64,000 nt of DNA, taken from assembly GCA_034669905.1 (NCBI GenBank), contig JAXMOL010000014.1, positions 81,527-145,526 on the forward strand, given 5' to 3'. The stretch is from Candidatus Hydrogenedentota bacterium (GTDB taxonomy: Bacteria > Hydrogenedentota > Hydrogenedentia > Hydrogenedentales > JAEUWI01). The notes below the pieces were generated by a model. The model saw only the letters and a program-made list of their open reading frames with translations, did not search any database and was not told the DNA's origin. Position 1 is the first letter of the stretch; each line of letters opens with the position of its first letter. Position numbers and translations under genes: made by a program. Of this stretch, positions 9,613 to 18,829 are shown in pieces.

Positions 9613-9695
9613 ACTCCCCTCCTCGGAGGGGCCGGGGGTGGGTCAAGTCACAAGACGGTCGCTGACCCACCCCTAACCCCTCCAGGGAGGGGAAT
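9613..9695. repeat. Palindromic element ACTCCCCTCC...GGAGGGGAAT, copy 1
   Basis: The first 38 bp are identical to the copy at 52423; the two halves are inverted. Confidence 0.9.
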
Positions 9696-9724
9696 CTCTT
9701 GGCACCTTGGTAGACGTCATCCCC

Positions 9725-11533
9725 CTACGGCGTCACACTCACCGCCGTGCCAATCCCCGAACTGCCGTAGCCGTTCCCGCAATAGAAAAGGCGCAGCCGT
9801 CCGTCTTCCTTGACCACCGAAGGGTACTCCACCATCTGTTTCTCCCAGCCTTCCCCCGTGGGCTGAAGCTGGAGGTTATCCAGATACTTCGCCCCACGAC
9901 GCCAGTGGATGCCATCGTCCGACTCGGCGTAGCCAATGGAGTAATAGCCCCACCGCGTGCCAATGGCGGAATACCACATGCGATAGCTCCCCGATTCCGT
10001 CTGGTGCACCACCGGCCCCGCGACGGCGATATCTTCATAGTCACGACTCGGATCCCGCAGCATGACCGGGCCCCGCTTATCCCATGTGACCCCATCCTGC
10101 GAAACAGCGAGGCAGATCACCTTCTGCTGATTAAGCGCATGGGCCTCACCAATGGTCGGGCATCCCGTGTAGTAATAGCGCCACTCCGTCGTGCCATCGG
10201 GCAGGGTGGCCTCCATCACCGAGCCGCCCGCTACACCAATCGCATCGGGATCACCATGGTGCCCCGAAGGTGCAATGACGGGACTCGACCCGTGCTTTTC
10301 CCACGTTATGCTGTCGCTGCTCGTGGCCAGGCCAATGCCGGGAAAGGCACTCAACCCTTCGCCCCGCCCCGAATTCCCCGTGTAATAGAGGTGCCATTGC
10401 CCGGGCGCGATTTGCACCACGTGGGGCAGCACCGTCCAGCGCGCATCGAAGGACCCCGCAGGCCCCGGTGACACCACCGGACCATGACGGGTCCAGTCCG
10501 TCGGGTCACTCACCGGTGCCGTCGCCTTACAGATACGGTGGATTCGATTGGAATCACCACCACCGTAGTAAAGTTGATATTCTTCACCCACCCGGAGGGC
10601 CCAGGGATTCATGCAGCGGGTCGCATCAAATTCGCTGCCCTTCACCGGCGGCAACACCGGGTTAGCGGCTTCCCGCTCCCATTGCACCGATTCCTTCAAC
10701 GCCCCATATTCCTCCTCATGGGAAAGACGCTGGACGATCACTTCCTTCGTCTTTCGGCGGATGCCGTAGAGGGTGCCAATATCCCAGCGGTCCCACGCAA
10801 TGCCCTGTCCGTGACCCGTCGCCGGGAGGGTATCCACCAGCTCCATCACACCGCCACCCGCGGGCACCCGCAAGGCATAGACCTCCGGGTGATCATGACC
10901 CGTGGCATAGAGCAAGCCATCGGGACCCCAGCCGCCGCCCGAATTGGTATTCGGCAAAAAGCGTTGGATCACCGCCTCGGGAAAGGTCCAGGTGGTCACC
11001 GCCTTCCACGCGGCATCGAGCTGGACCAGGGAAGTACGGCGAATGTTCTCCACCTCGCCATAGGTCGCAAAGACGGCATACCACACCCCCTCGCGCACAT
11101 CGACCCAATTCAACGCCTTGTCCGCCACCCCCACCGGCACGCTCTCCAGATGGGTCAGCGTTGCCACATCCCAGATTTCCACCGTGTTTTCATAAGGCGT
11201 CGCAGGCCAGTTCGAATGACCGCAATAGAGCTTGCCGTCCACCACCACCCCGCCATTGAGGTGCCGCAAATGGGAGCCCTCCGGCGCAGTCCAGGCAGCG
11301 ACCGCTTCCCCCGTGTGCTTGTCGTATTTACCGATGGCCCCATTGGTGATAGCGTAAAAATGTTCGGCATCCACCGCCACCCCCTGGCGCGCCTCGGACG
11401 CCGGGAAGGCACCAAGTTCGCGAAAGAGCCGCTGGGGCGCGGCGTCCGCGAAGGGGGGAAGCAAGAGCCCCGCAACAAAAATCAGGGCAAGGCCCCTATA
11501 GGACCACACGGGGTTTTCCATTCGACTGCTCAT
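9725..11533 (-). CDS. Secreted two-domain protein: N-terminal beta-propeller plus C-terminal five-bladed glycoside hydrolase-like (GH32/43/130-type) propeller
   Basis: Signal peptide. Repeated YxLYY...IxLAxSxDGxxW blades with NPVL and YPSV motifs in the C-terminal half. Confidence 0.7.
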   Translation of the reverse strand: MSSRMENPVWSYRGLALIFVAGLLLPPFADAAPQRLFRELGAFPASEARQGVAVDAEHFYAITNGAIGKYDKHTGEAVAAWTAPEGSHLRHLNGGVVVDGKLYCGHSNWPATPYENTVEIWDVATLTHLESVPVGVADKALNWVDVREGVWYAVFATYGEVENIRRTSLVQLDAAWKAVTTWTFPEAVIQRFLPNTNSGGGWGPDGLLYATGHDHPEVYALRVPAGGGVMELVDTLPATGHGQGIAWDRWDIGTLYGIRRKTKEVIVQRLSHEEEYGALKESVQWEREAANPVLPPVKGSEFDATRCMNPWALRVGEEYQLYYGGGDSNRIHRICKATAPVSDPTDWTRHGPVVSPGPAGSFDARWTVLPHVVQIAPGQWHLYYTGNSGRGEGLSAFPGIGLATSSDSITWEKHGSSPVIAPSGHHGDPDAIGVAGGSVMEATLPDGTTEWRYYYTGCPTIGEAHALNQQKVICLAVSQDGVTWDKRGPVMLRDPSRDYEDIAVAGPVVHQTESGSYRMWYSAIGTRWGYYSIGYAESDDGIHWRRGAKYLDNLQLQPTGEGWEKQMVEYPSVVKEDGRLRLFYCGNGYGSSGIGTAVSVTP

Positions 11534-11822
11534 GGGTATCTCCAGTTAACGACAACCTGCAAAGAGACCCGATGATACCACCTGCCAAGCTCCGTCCCAA
11601 ATAGCGGTCACACGGAAAAGACACCCAATGCCCCATCAAGGAAAGCGCCCCGAAACCCAAAGCGTCCCACCCGTCCCACAAACAATTACCGCACCACCCA
11701 CCCGAAAGACCCAATCAAAAACCGTGCCACGCGATCCGGCCCTGCCGGTTCGTGTGCATGGAGCAACGGCCAACGCACCCCATCAAACGCCGCCCGCCAC
11801 GAGCGGTTGAGCCCACCGCCCC

Positions 11823-12887
11823 CTACACCTCCCCCGACTCCATACACTCCAGGGCCCGCTGCCCCATGGCGCCCACCACAAAAATCAGTGGAGCAAAGCG
11901 TTCGTCTTTCGTCAGGCCCTGCTTGTAGCGGTAGTAAATCTGCTGCAGGATAACCGCCAGCTTGAACAGGGCAAACACATAGTAAAACTGTAAGTTACTC
12001 AGGTCCCGCCCGGCCCGTTCCGCGTACACCGCGGCGACGTCTTTCCGGGTCATCATGCCCGGCTCATTGCTCAGGAAGCACTGTACCACCCCCAGGTCCG
12101 GGTCGTCCTTTTCAATCCAATAGGCCAGGGTCGTGCCCAGATCCATCAGGGGATCGCCGATGGTACACATCTCCCAATCGAGGACGCCAATGATCTTCGT
12201 GAGGTCGTGGGCATCGAGTACCACGTTGTCGAACTTGTAGTCGTTATGCACCAGGGTCGCACCCGAGTCTTCGGGATAGTTTTCTTTCAGCCACGCCATG
12301 ACCGTATCAATCATGGGGATGTCGTCGGTCTGGGAACCGCCATAGCGCTTAATCCATCCCATCACCTGGCGCTCCACGTAGGAGCCTTCCCGCCGCAAGT
12401 CGGCCAGCCCGGCGGCCGTGTAATCCAGGCCATGCAAATCCGCCAGGTTGCCCACGAAACTTTCGCACATGCGTCGCACCGTGGCCGCGTCCGCGTCAAA
12501 GCCCTCGGGCTTATCGCCCCGCAGAATGGCCCCCCGAATACGCTCCATCACGTAGAACTGGGCACCCATGACCTCCATATCATCACACAGGGTCAGGGGA
12601 CGGGGCGCAGCCGGATAAACAGGATTCAGCGCGGAAAGCACCTTGTACTCCCGCCCCATATCGTGGGCCGACTTCACCTTACTGCCAAAAGGCGGGCGTC
12701 GCAGCACCAATTCGCGCTCGCCCACGGAAAGGAGATAGGTCAGGTTGGAAAAGCCACTGGGAAACTGGGACACCGCCAGCGCCCCGTCAAGCCCGGGAAT
12801 GGCGTCCTTCAGATAGGCTTCCAGCTTTGCTAAATCCAACTCTTCACCCGCCCGCACCGTCTTCGGGCTGTCTATGCTTACGTCCAT
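11823..12887 (-). CDS. Phosphotransferase (APH family, ACAD10/11 kinase-domain-like)
   Basis: GFSNLTY, VLRRPP, HDMGRE, LVHNDYKFDN and VLDWEMCTIGDPLMDL motifs. Confidence 0.9.
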   Translation of the reverse strand: MDVSIDSPKTVRAGEELDLAKLEAYLKDAIPGLDGALAVSQFPSGFSNLTYLLSVGERELVLRRPPFGSKVKSAHDMGREYKVLSALNPVYPAAPRPLTLCDDMEVMGAQFYVMERIRGAILRGDKPEGFDADAATVRRMCESFVGNLADLHGLDYTAAGLADLRREGSYVERQVMGWIKRYGGSQTDDIPMIDTVMAWLKENYPEDSGATLVHNDYKFDNVVLDAHDLTKIIGVLDWEMCTIGDPLMDLGTTLAYWIEKDDPDLGVVQCFLSNEPGMMTRKDVAAVYAERAGRDLSNLQFYYVFALFKLAVILQQIYYRYKQGLTKDERFAPLIFVVGAMGQRALECMESGEV

Positions 12888-12892
12888 ATCAT

Positions 12893-12930
12893 TTGTCCCT
12901 TAGGTCCTTTTCGTCCTTTAGGTCCTTCGA
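12893..12930 (-). repeat. 9-bp tandem array, AAAGGACCT family (4 units)
   Basis: The minus strand reads AAGGACCTA AAGGACGAA AAGGACCTA AGGGACAA, immediately before the kinase start codon. Confidence 0.8.
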
Positions 12931-12982
12931 CTCTTTCCGCCTCAAGAAGACGCCGCCCGCCTCCCCACCCTGCCGTCAACGG

Positions 12983-14188
12983 TCATTCCCCCATCTGCGC
13001 GCGAAACAACTCCAGAATCCGTTTGCCCGCCGACATCTTGTGCACTTCATCGGGGCCATCATAAATGCGACTCGCCCGCTCGTTGCGCCAGAAGGTGGCC
13101 AGGGGCGTCCGCTCAGTGATCCCGCGACCGCCGTGCAGCTGAATGGCCCGATCCAGGACCTTCATCATCACGTTGGGCACGAAAAACTTAATCAGGGAAA
13201 TTTCCACCCGGGCCTCTTTCGCACCCAGCCGGTCAATCGTATCGGCCGCCTGCAAAACCATGAGGCGGGCGGCGTTGATCTCCGCGCGACACTCGGAAAT
13301 CCAGGTCTGCACAATTTGCTGGCTGGCCAGTGGACGGTCCGGGGCCACTTCCCGCGTGAGGGCCTGCTGGCACATGAGCTCGAAGGCCCGCTCACTGATA
13401 CCGACCCAACGCATGCAGTGGTGGATACGGCCCGGCCCCAGGCGCTGCTGGGCAATCTGGAATCCCGACCCTTCTTCGCCCAGACGGTTCGACTGGGGCA
13501 CCCGCACGTTTTCATAACGCACCTCCGAATGGCTGTCCCAGTCTTCGCCCCGGTGCCCCATGCAGGAAATGTTTTCCACGATGGAAAAGCCCGGCGTATC
13601 GAGGGGCACAATAATCTGGCTCGCCCGCATATGCTTGGGCGCATCGGGATTGGTCACCGCCATAACAATGGCGAAGTTGGCCCCATCGGCGGACGAGGTA
13701 AACCACTTGTGCCCGTTGATGACATAGTCGTCCCCATCCTTCACGGCGCTCGTGCCCATCCACGTGGGATTCGAGCCGGGGAAGTCCACTTCGGTCATGG
13801 AGAAGCAACTGCGAATTTCTCCGGCGAGCAGGGGCTTCAAATAGCGCTCCTGCTGTTCGGGCGTGCCGTACTTGATGAGGATTTCCATGTTCCCCGCGTC
13901 GGGCGCCTGGCAGTTGAAGCAATAGACGCCCACAAAGGTCTTGGCCAACTCCGCCTGCACCAGGCCGTGCTCCAGGACACTGAGCCCGAGACCACCGTGC
14001 TCTTTCTCTATCTGCGGCAGGGCGAGTCCAAGCTCCCGCACCTTCTTACGCTTTTCTTGCAAAATCGGCAGGACCGAAGCAAACCCTTCGTTCAATACCT
14101 GGGGCTCCAGGGGATAGAGCTCCTCCTGCACAAAGGCGCGCACCTTGCCCAACAGATCTTCCATCTTGGGCGAAACAGCAAAATCCAT
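12983..14188 (-). CDS. Acyl-CoA dehydrogenase (ACAD10/11, FadE2-like)
   Basis: FNCQAPDAGNME, INGHKWFTS, AQQRLGPGRIHHCMR and RIYDGPDEVH motifs; AAGGAGAG RBS before ATG 14188. Confidence 0.93.
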   Translation of the reverse strand: MDFAVSPKMEDLLGKVRAFVQEELYPLEPQVLNEGFASVLPILQEKRKKVRELGLALPQIEKEHGGLGLSVLEHGLVQAELAKTFVGVYCFNCQAPDAGNMEILIKYGTPEQQERYLKPLLAGEIRSCFSMTEVDFPGSNPTWMGTSAVKDGDDYVINGHKWFTSSADGANFAIVMAVTNPDAPKHMRASQIIVPLDTPGFSIVENISCMGHRGEDWDSHSEVRYENVRVPQSNRLGEEGSGFQIAQQRLGPGRIHHCMRWVGISERAFELMCQQALTREVAPDRPLASQQIVQTWISECRAEINAARLMVLQAADTIDRLGAKEARVEISLIKFFVPNVMMKVLDRAIQLHGGRGITERTPLATFWRNERASRIYDGPDEVHKMSAGKRILELFRAQMGE

Positions 14189-14271
14189 AGCACTCTCCTT
14201 GCTCTGGGAAAAACTTAACGATCGGTAGGCTATAGGGTACACCCTTTACCCGCCATTTCCAAACACACACC

Positions 14272-14560
14272 AAGGACCTAAAGGACGGAAAAGACATAAA
14301 GGACAATAGGAAAGAGCGTCACGGCAGTCTGTGGTGCCACCCGACCCCACGCGACCGCCGGTCGGGTTCGGGTGTCTTGAGCCTCGTTGAACGGGAGTTC
14401 CTGGCACGGTGGCCTTTCGATACGTGGTCTTGGGGCGTGGCTACGGCACAAAGGGGGCTGGCGTTGCACGGTCTCGTGCCTACGGAGCACCGTAGTCACG
14501 AGGCGTTGATGCCCCTGTCGTCCTGTCCTTTAAGCCCTTTCCGTCGTTCAGGTCCTTTTC
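14272..14560. repeat. Inverted pair of AAAGGACnn 9-bp arms around a hairpin-rich spacer
   Basis: AAGGACCTAAAGGACGGAAAAGACATAAAGGACA (14272-14305) versus TGTCCTTTAAGCCCTTTCCGTCGTTCAGGTCCTTT (~14525-14560). Confidence 0.7.
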
Positions 14561-14634
14561 CCTCCCCGCAAAAATAGAAAGCCGGGCGCGCGAAAGTCTC
14601 CTTCCACGGGCCCGGCACGTATCACGTCATGGTC

Positions 14635-17589
14635 TTACTGCCGTGATTCCGGCGTAATCTGCAGGGTTACCCGCTCGCCATCGCGCTCCACCACCACCTC
14701 GACGGCCTCGCCAATCTTCAACGCCTGAATGGCATAGGTGTAATCATAGATGTTCTCAATGGTTTTGCCCGCCATCTCCACAATCACATCACCACCCTTG
14801 AGCCCTGCCTTATCGGCCGGCGCGCCCTTGGTCACCCCATTGAGCACCATGCCCTTCACATCCGATTCGGCATAATCGGGCACCGTACCCAGGTAGGCCC
14901 GCATGACACCACGGCCGCCCTCTTCGGCGGGCTGCTCCATGGCAATGTAATCCGGCGTGGTGGACCAGGTCGCCACATCGGCCGCAACCTCATGGAGCAG
15001 TGCACTGATCCGTGCCGCGCCCGCATAGTTCAACAGGTCCGCGGTATCCCGGGGCGTATGATACTCGGAGTGGACCCCACTGAAGACGCTGAAGATAGGC
15101 ACTTGCTTCAGATAGAAGGACGTCGCGTCGGTGGGCAGGTAGCTGTCTTTCTGCATAACAATGGGCAGGCCGATGGACGCATTCGCCCGCTCCACGGCGT
15201 CATACCACACCGAACTCGAGCCGGCACCGCTTACCACGAGATTGCTCCGCAGACGCCCCACCATATCAAAGTTGAAGTAGGAGGAAGTCTGGTCCGTGAT
15301 AGCCTCCTTCCCGTCGGCCAACTCCTTCACGTAGTGGTCCGAACCCAGCAGACCGAGCTCTTCGCCCGACCACGCCGCGAAGACGATATCGCGCTTGGGT
15401 GCAAAATCGCCCGCCGCCTTGTCGGCCACCATGCGGGCCGCCACTTCCAGCATCCCCGCGACGCCCGAGGCATTGTCGTCGGCACCATAGTGAATACCAT
15501 CGTGCTCACTGCCATCGGCGAGGGAACCCCCAGAAGCCCCGGCACCCAGGTGATCCACGTGGGCACCAATGGCCACGGCACCATCGGATGGGCCATCGGC
15601 CACGAGCCGGGCCAACACATTGCGTCCCGTGCGGCGCTCTTTTTTCAGATCCACATGGGCGCTCACGCGCACGTCATCCAGGGCAATGCCCATCTGCACC
15701 TCACCGCCATCGAGTCCTTGCTGCAAGGCCTCCAGCGACTTCCCTGAAGGGCGCAGCAAGTCTTCTGCCACCTTATCGGTGATAGAAATTGCCGCCACAC
15801 TGGTGCCGCCAATAGACACATCAAAGGACAGTGGTGACAGTTGTGCTTTCACTTCCGAGCGGGGACCGCTCACGACCAGCAATCCACGGGCACCCTTATC
15901 GCGCACCACCATGGCCTTACGGCGCAGACTCGCATGGGGTCCCAGGTGTTGCCGCAACTCGGGGGAAATGTCTTCGGGCATGAAGCGGAAGACCAACACC
16001 CATTTATCGGTGACATCGAGGTGGACAAAGGAATCGTATTCCTCAAAGCCATTACCCGCCGGCGCCACGATGCCATAGCCCGCGAAAACCACCTCCGACG
16101 CCGGGAAGCTCCCCACATTGGAGAAGGCCAGGGGACGCCAATCTTCGTCGGCCACATAGGCCGTGTCTCCACCTTCCACCACCAACGCACTCTCATCACC
16201 CAGCGAAATACCGGCCGTAAATTCGAAGTTGTCGAAGTAGGTGCCGTCATCACCGGCAGGCTCCAGCCCCAGGGCCTTAAATTGCGCCGCCACATAATCG
16301 GTGGCCAAGCGCTCGCCTTCCGTGCCGGTCATCCGGCCTGCAAAGGCCTCGGAAGCCAGGGCCACCACATGATGCTGGATATCTTCCGCACGAATGGCAG
16401 CCGTAGTCTGATGCCCTTCCGGGAGCGCACGAAACGCAGGAGCCTCCTCGTCCGCCACCGCCACGGTACCGCCGTCCAGCAGCCGCAGGGCCGCCGCATG
16501 GTTCCAGTCGGCCAGGTAAATCTGAGATTGCTTTTCGGGCGTCCGATTGGAGGTCCAGGCCAACTGCTTGCCATCGGGCGTGAAGACGGGCAGCCCATCA
16601 AAGCCCGCCGTCTCCGTCACCCGCACAGGTTCCTTTTCCCCGGCCGCATCCACGAGATAGAGCTCAAAGTTTTCAAAGCCGTGCACGTTGGTGGCGAAGA
16701 TCAGGTAATCCCCCGATGGGTGAAAGTAGGGTGCCCACGACATGGCTTCCAAGCGGGTCAGCTGTTTCTGTTCGGACCCATCGCGACGCATGGTGAAGAT
16801 TTCCGCCGTCGCCCCGTTTTCGGAGAAGCGACGCCAGCAGATGTATTCCCCATCAGCGCTGAAAAAGGGCCCGCCATCATAGCCCGGCGTATCGGTCAGC
16901 CGACGCAGGTTGCTGCCATCGCTGTCCATGGCGTAGAGATCGAGGAAATAGGATTTATCCACCTCAAAGCGCTTCTGTTCCTCCGGGCTCAGCGTCCCCT
17001 CATAGGCCGCGCGGTTGGAAGAGAACACGATCATCTCGCCCCGGGGATCCCACGAGGCTTCCGCGTCATAGCCTTCGGCATGGGTCAGCCGGGTCAAGGC
17101 ATCCGTTTTCAGATCACGGCTGTAGAGTTCATACTGGGCGTCGTAATCCCACGCATAGCGCTTTTCTTCGCCGGAAGCCCGGTCGGCCAACTCCGCCTCC
17201 TGCTTCGCCTTCGCCTCGGGGTCTTCGTGGGTCGAGGCAAACAAGACCTGGTCCCCCGCAGGGTGTATCCACGCGCAGGTCGTCTTACCCACCCCCGTGG
17301 AAACCCGGCGCACCTCACCGGACGCCCGGTCCATCAAAAAGATCTGGTAGAAGGGGTTTTCCGCCGCGCGCTCACTCTGGAAGACCAGTTGCTTTCCGTC
17401 GGCCGAAAAATAGCCTTCGCCCGACCGTTTACCCCCAAAGGTCAATTGTCGGGTCTTCGATAGCAGGCGGTCTTCCTGCGTAACGGCTGTTTCGGATTCC
17501 TGCCCGGTGGCCGGGTGCACAAGGAGCGATGCCCCTATCAGCGAGAGGGCCGCGTGTCGGGCGGCCCGGGTCATGGCATGGGTATTCAT
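14635..17589 (-). CDS. M28 family peptidase with TolB-like PD40 repeats, PA domain and C-terminal PDZ
   Basis: GEGYFS/YDGGPFFS/SWAPYFHP propeller repeats; GAHVDHLG, GADDNASG, GEELGLLGS and YHTPRD motifs; YLGTVPD...GLKGGDVI (PDZ). Confidence 0.9.
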   Translation of the reverse strand: MNTHAMTRAARHAALSLIGASLLVHPATGQESETAVTQEDRLLSKTRQLTFGGKRSGEGYFSADGKQLVFQSERAAENPFYQIFLMDRASGEVRRVSTGVGKTTCAWIHPAGDQVLFASTHEDPEAKAKQEAELADRASGEEKRYAWDYDAQYELYSRDLKTDALTRLTHAEGYDAEASWDPRGEMIVFSSNRAAYEGTLSPEEQKRFEVDKSYFLDLYAMDSDGSNLRRLTDTPGYDGGPFFSADGEYICWRRFSENGATAEIFTMRRDGSEQKQLTRLEAMSWAPYFHPSGDYLIFATNVHGFENFELYLVDAAGEKEPVRVTETAGFDGLPVFTPDGKQLAWTSNRTPEKQSQIYLADWNHAAALRLLDGGTVAVADEEAPAFRALPEGHQTTAAIRAEDIQHHVVALASEAFAGRMTGTEGERLATDYVAAQFKALGLEPAGDDGTYFDNFEFTAGISLGDESALVVEGGDTAYVADEDWRPLAFSNVGSFPASEVVFAGYGIVAPAGNGFEEYDSFVHLDVTDKWVLVFRFMPEDISPELRQHLGPHASLRRKAMVVRDKGARGLLVVSGPRSEVKAQLSPLSFDVSIGGTSVAAISITDKVAEDLLRPSGKSLEALQQGLDGGEVQMGIALDDVRVSAHVDLKKERRTGRNVLARLVADGPSDGAVAIGAHVDHLGAGASGGSLADGSEHDGIHYGADDNASGVAGMLEVAARMVADKAAGDFAPKRDIVFAAWSGEELGLLGSDHYVKELADGKEAITDQTSSYFNFDMVGRLRSNLVVSGAGSSSVWYDAVERANASIGLPIVMQKDSYLPTDATSFYLKQVPIFSVFSGVHSEYHTPRDTADLLNYAGAARISALLHEVAADVATWSTTPDYIAMEQPAEEGGRGVMRAYLGTVPDYAESDVKGMVLNGVTKGAPADKAGLKGGDVIVEMAGKTIENIYDYTYAIQALKIGEAVEVVVERDGERVTLQITPESRQ

Positions 17590-17820
17590 TCGGATAGTAC
17601 CTCTCTCGAAATGGGTTGAGATTCTGTCCTGGCTACCGTCCATGGTACCCACTCTCCGCCGCCCGACGCACCTTTTTCGGCCACTTTCAGAGTCCAGACA
17701 CCACAATGGCGGTAGCAACGCTACCGCCATGAAAGAACATCTGTTTCAGCAGGAATCAACGGCTGAATCGGGAGACACGCCCGTCTGATTCACCAACGAC
17801 CTTCACGTGGCGTGCAGGTC

Positions 17821-17845
17821 AATCCCCTCCTGGGAGGGGAGTACT
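17821..17845 (-). repeat. Collapsed copy of the ACTCCCCTCC...GGAGGGGA element
   Basis: The reverse complement AGTACTCCCCTCCCAGGAGGGGATT corresponds to the left end of the 52423 copy fused to its right end. Confidence 0.65.
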
Positions 17846-17909
17846 GTTTGAATTTGGACGGGTCTATCGTGGCAACCCATTGAACCACTTGGGCAACTCA
17901 ATTCGCCAA

Positions 17910-18674
17910 TCAGTCGCGGCCCTGCAACTTAACGAGGAGCCGCAACACCTCGATGTAGAGCCACACCAGGGTCACCAACAGCCCAAAGGCCGCATACCAC
18001 TCCATATACTTGGGAGCACCCGAGGCCGCGCCGTTCTCGATGAAATCGAAGTCGAGCACAAGGTTGAGGGAGGCTATCACGATGACAAAAAGACTGAAGC
18101 CGATCCCGATCACGCCCCCTTCATGGATGAACGGCACAGAAACGCCGAAGAAGCCCATGACGATAGACGCCATATAGACCAGGAAGATTCCCCCGGTGGC
18201 CGCGGCCACACCCAGTTTAAAATTCTCCGTCGCCTTGATGATGCCGAGGCGATAAACCAACAGGAGGGCCAACAAAATACCAAAGGTTAAACATACCGCC
18301 GGGAACACAACCGTGCCCTGGCCACCCGTCATAGAGGCCACCTGCGCCTCCGCCTGGGCGGACAGCGCCCCCAGAAAGAGACCTTCCAGAATCGCATAAA
18401 TCGGCGCCGTATACATGGCAATCGTGGGCTTGAAGAAAGTGATAAAGGCCACGATCAGTCCACCAATCGCCCCGCCAATCATCCAGGGCAGCGCGGCACC
18501 CGCACCGGCCGTTTCATACATATTCCACGTGTAGGCCGCACCGGCAATCACGAGCATCAACAGGATGCCCGTCTTGTTTACCGTCCCCTCCAGGGTCATG
18601 CTGCGCCCGCTGTAATCCGCCGTGACGGTGTTTTCAAAAGCCCGATCGCTCAGGGTAGGGTTCGAGGTACGCAT
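17910..18674 (-). CDS. Bax inhibitor-1/YccA-like membrane protein
   Basis: MRTSNP start, MTLEGTVNKT, about 7 TM segments, LVLDFDFIE...PKYMEWYAAFGLLVTLVWLYIEVLRLL. Confidence 0.9.
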   Translation of the reverse strand: MRTSNPTLSDRAFENTVTADYSGRSMTLEGTVNKTGILLMLVIAGAAYTWNMYETAGAGAALPWMIGGAIGGLIVAFITFFKPTIAMYTAPIYAILEGLFLGALSAQAEAQVASMTGGQGTVVFPAVCLTFGILLALLLVYRLGIIKATENFKLGVAAATGGIFLVYMASIVMGFFGVSVPFIHEGGVIGIGFSLFVIVIASLNLVLDFDFIENGAASGAPKYMEWYAAFGLLVTLVWLYIEVLRLLVKLQGRD

Positions 18675-18829
18675 TGCGCTTACTCCACTTTTGTTTAAAG
18701 GTTAGCTGCTTTCACTCACCGCATGAGCATATCCCGCCTGCACCGGCCAAGTCCAACATTCCCCACCCGCGTGGGACTATGCTATCGTAATCCTGCACCC
18801 AACCCCAGGAAGGTAGGAACGACCCCATC

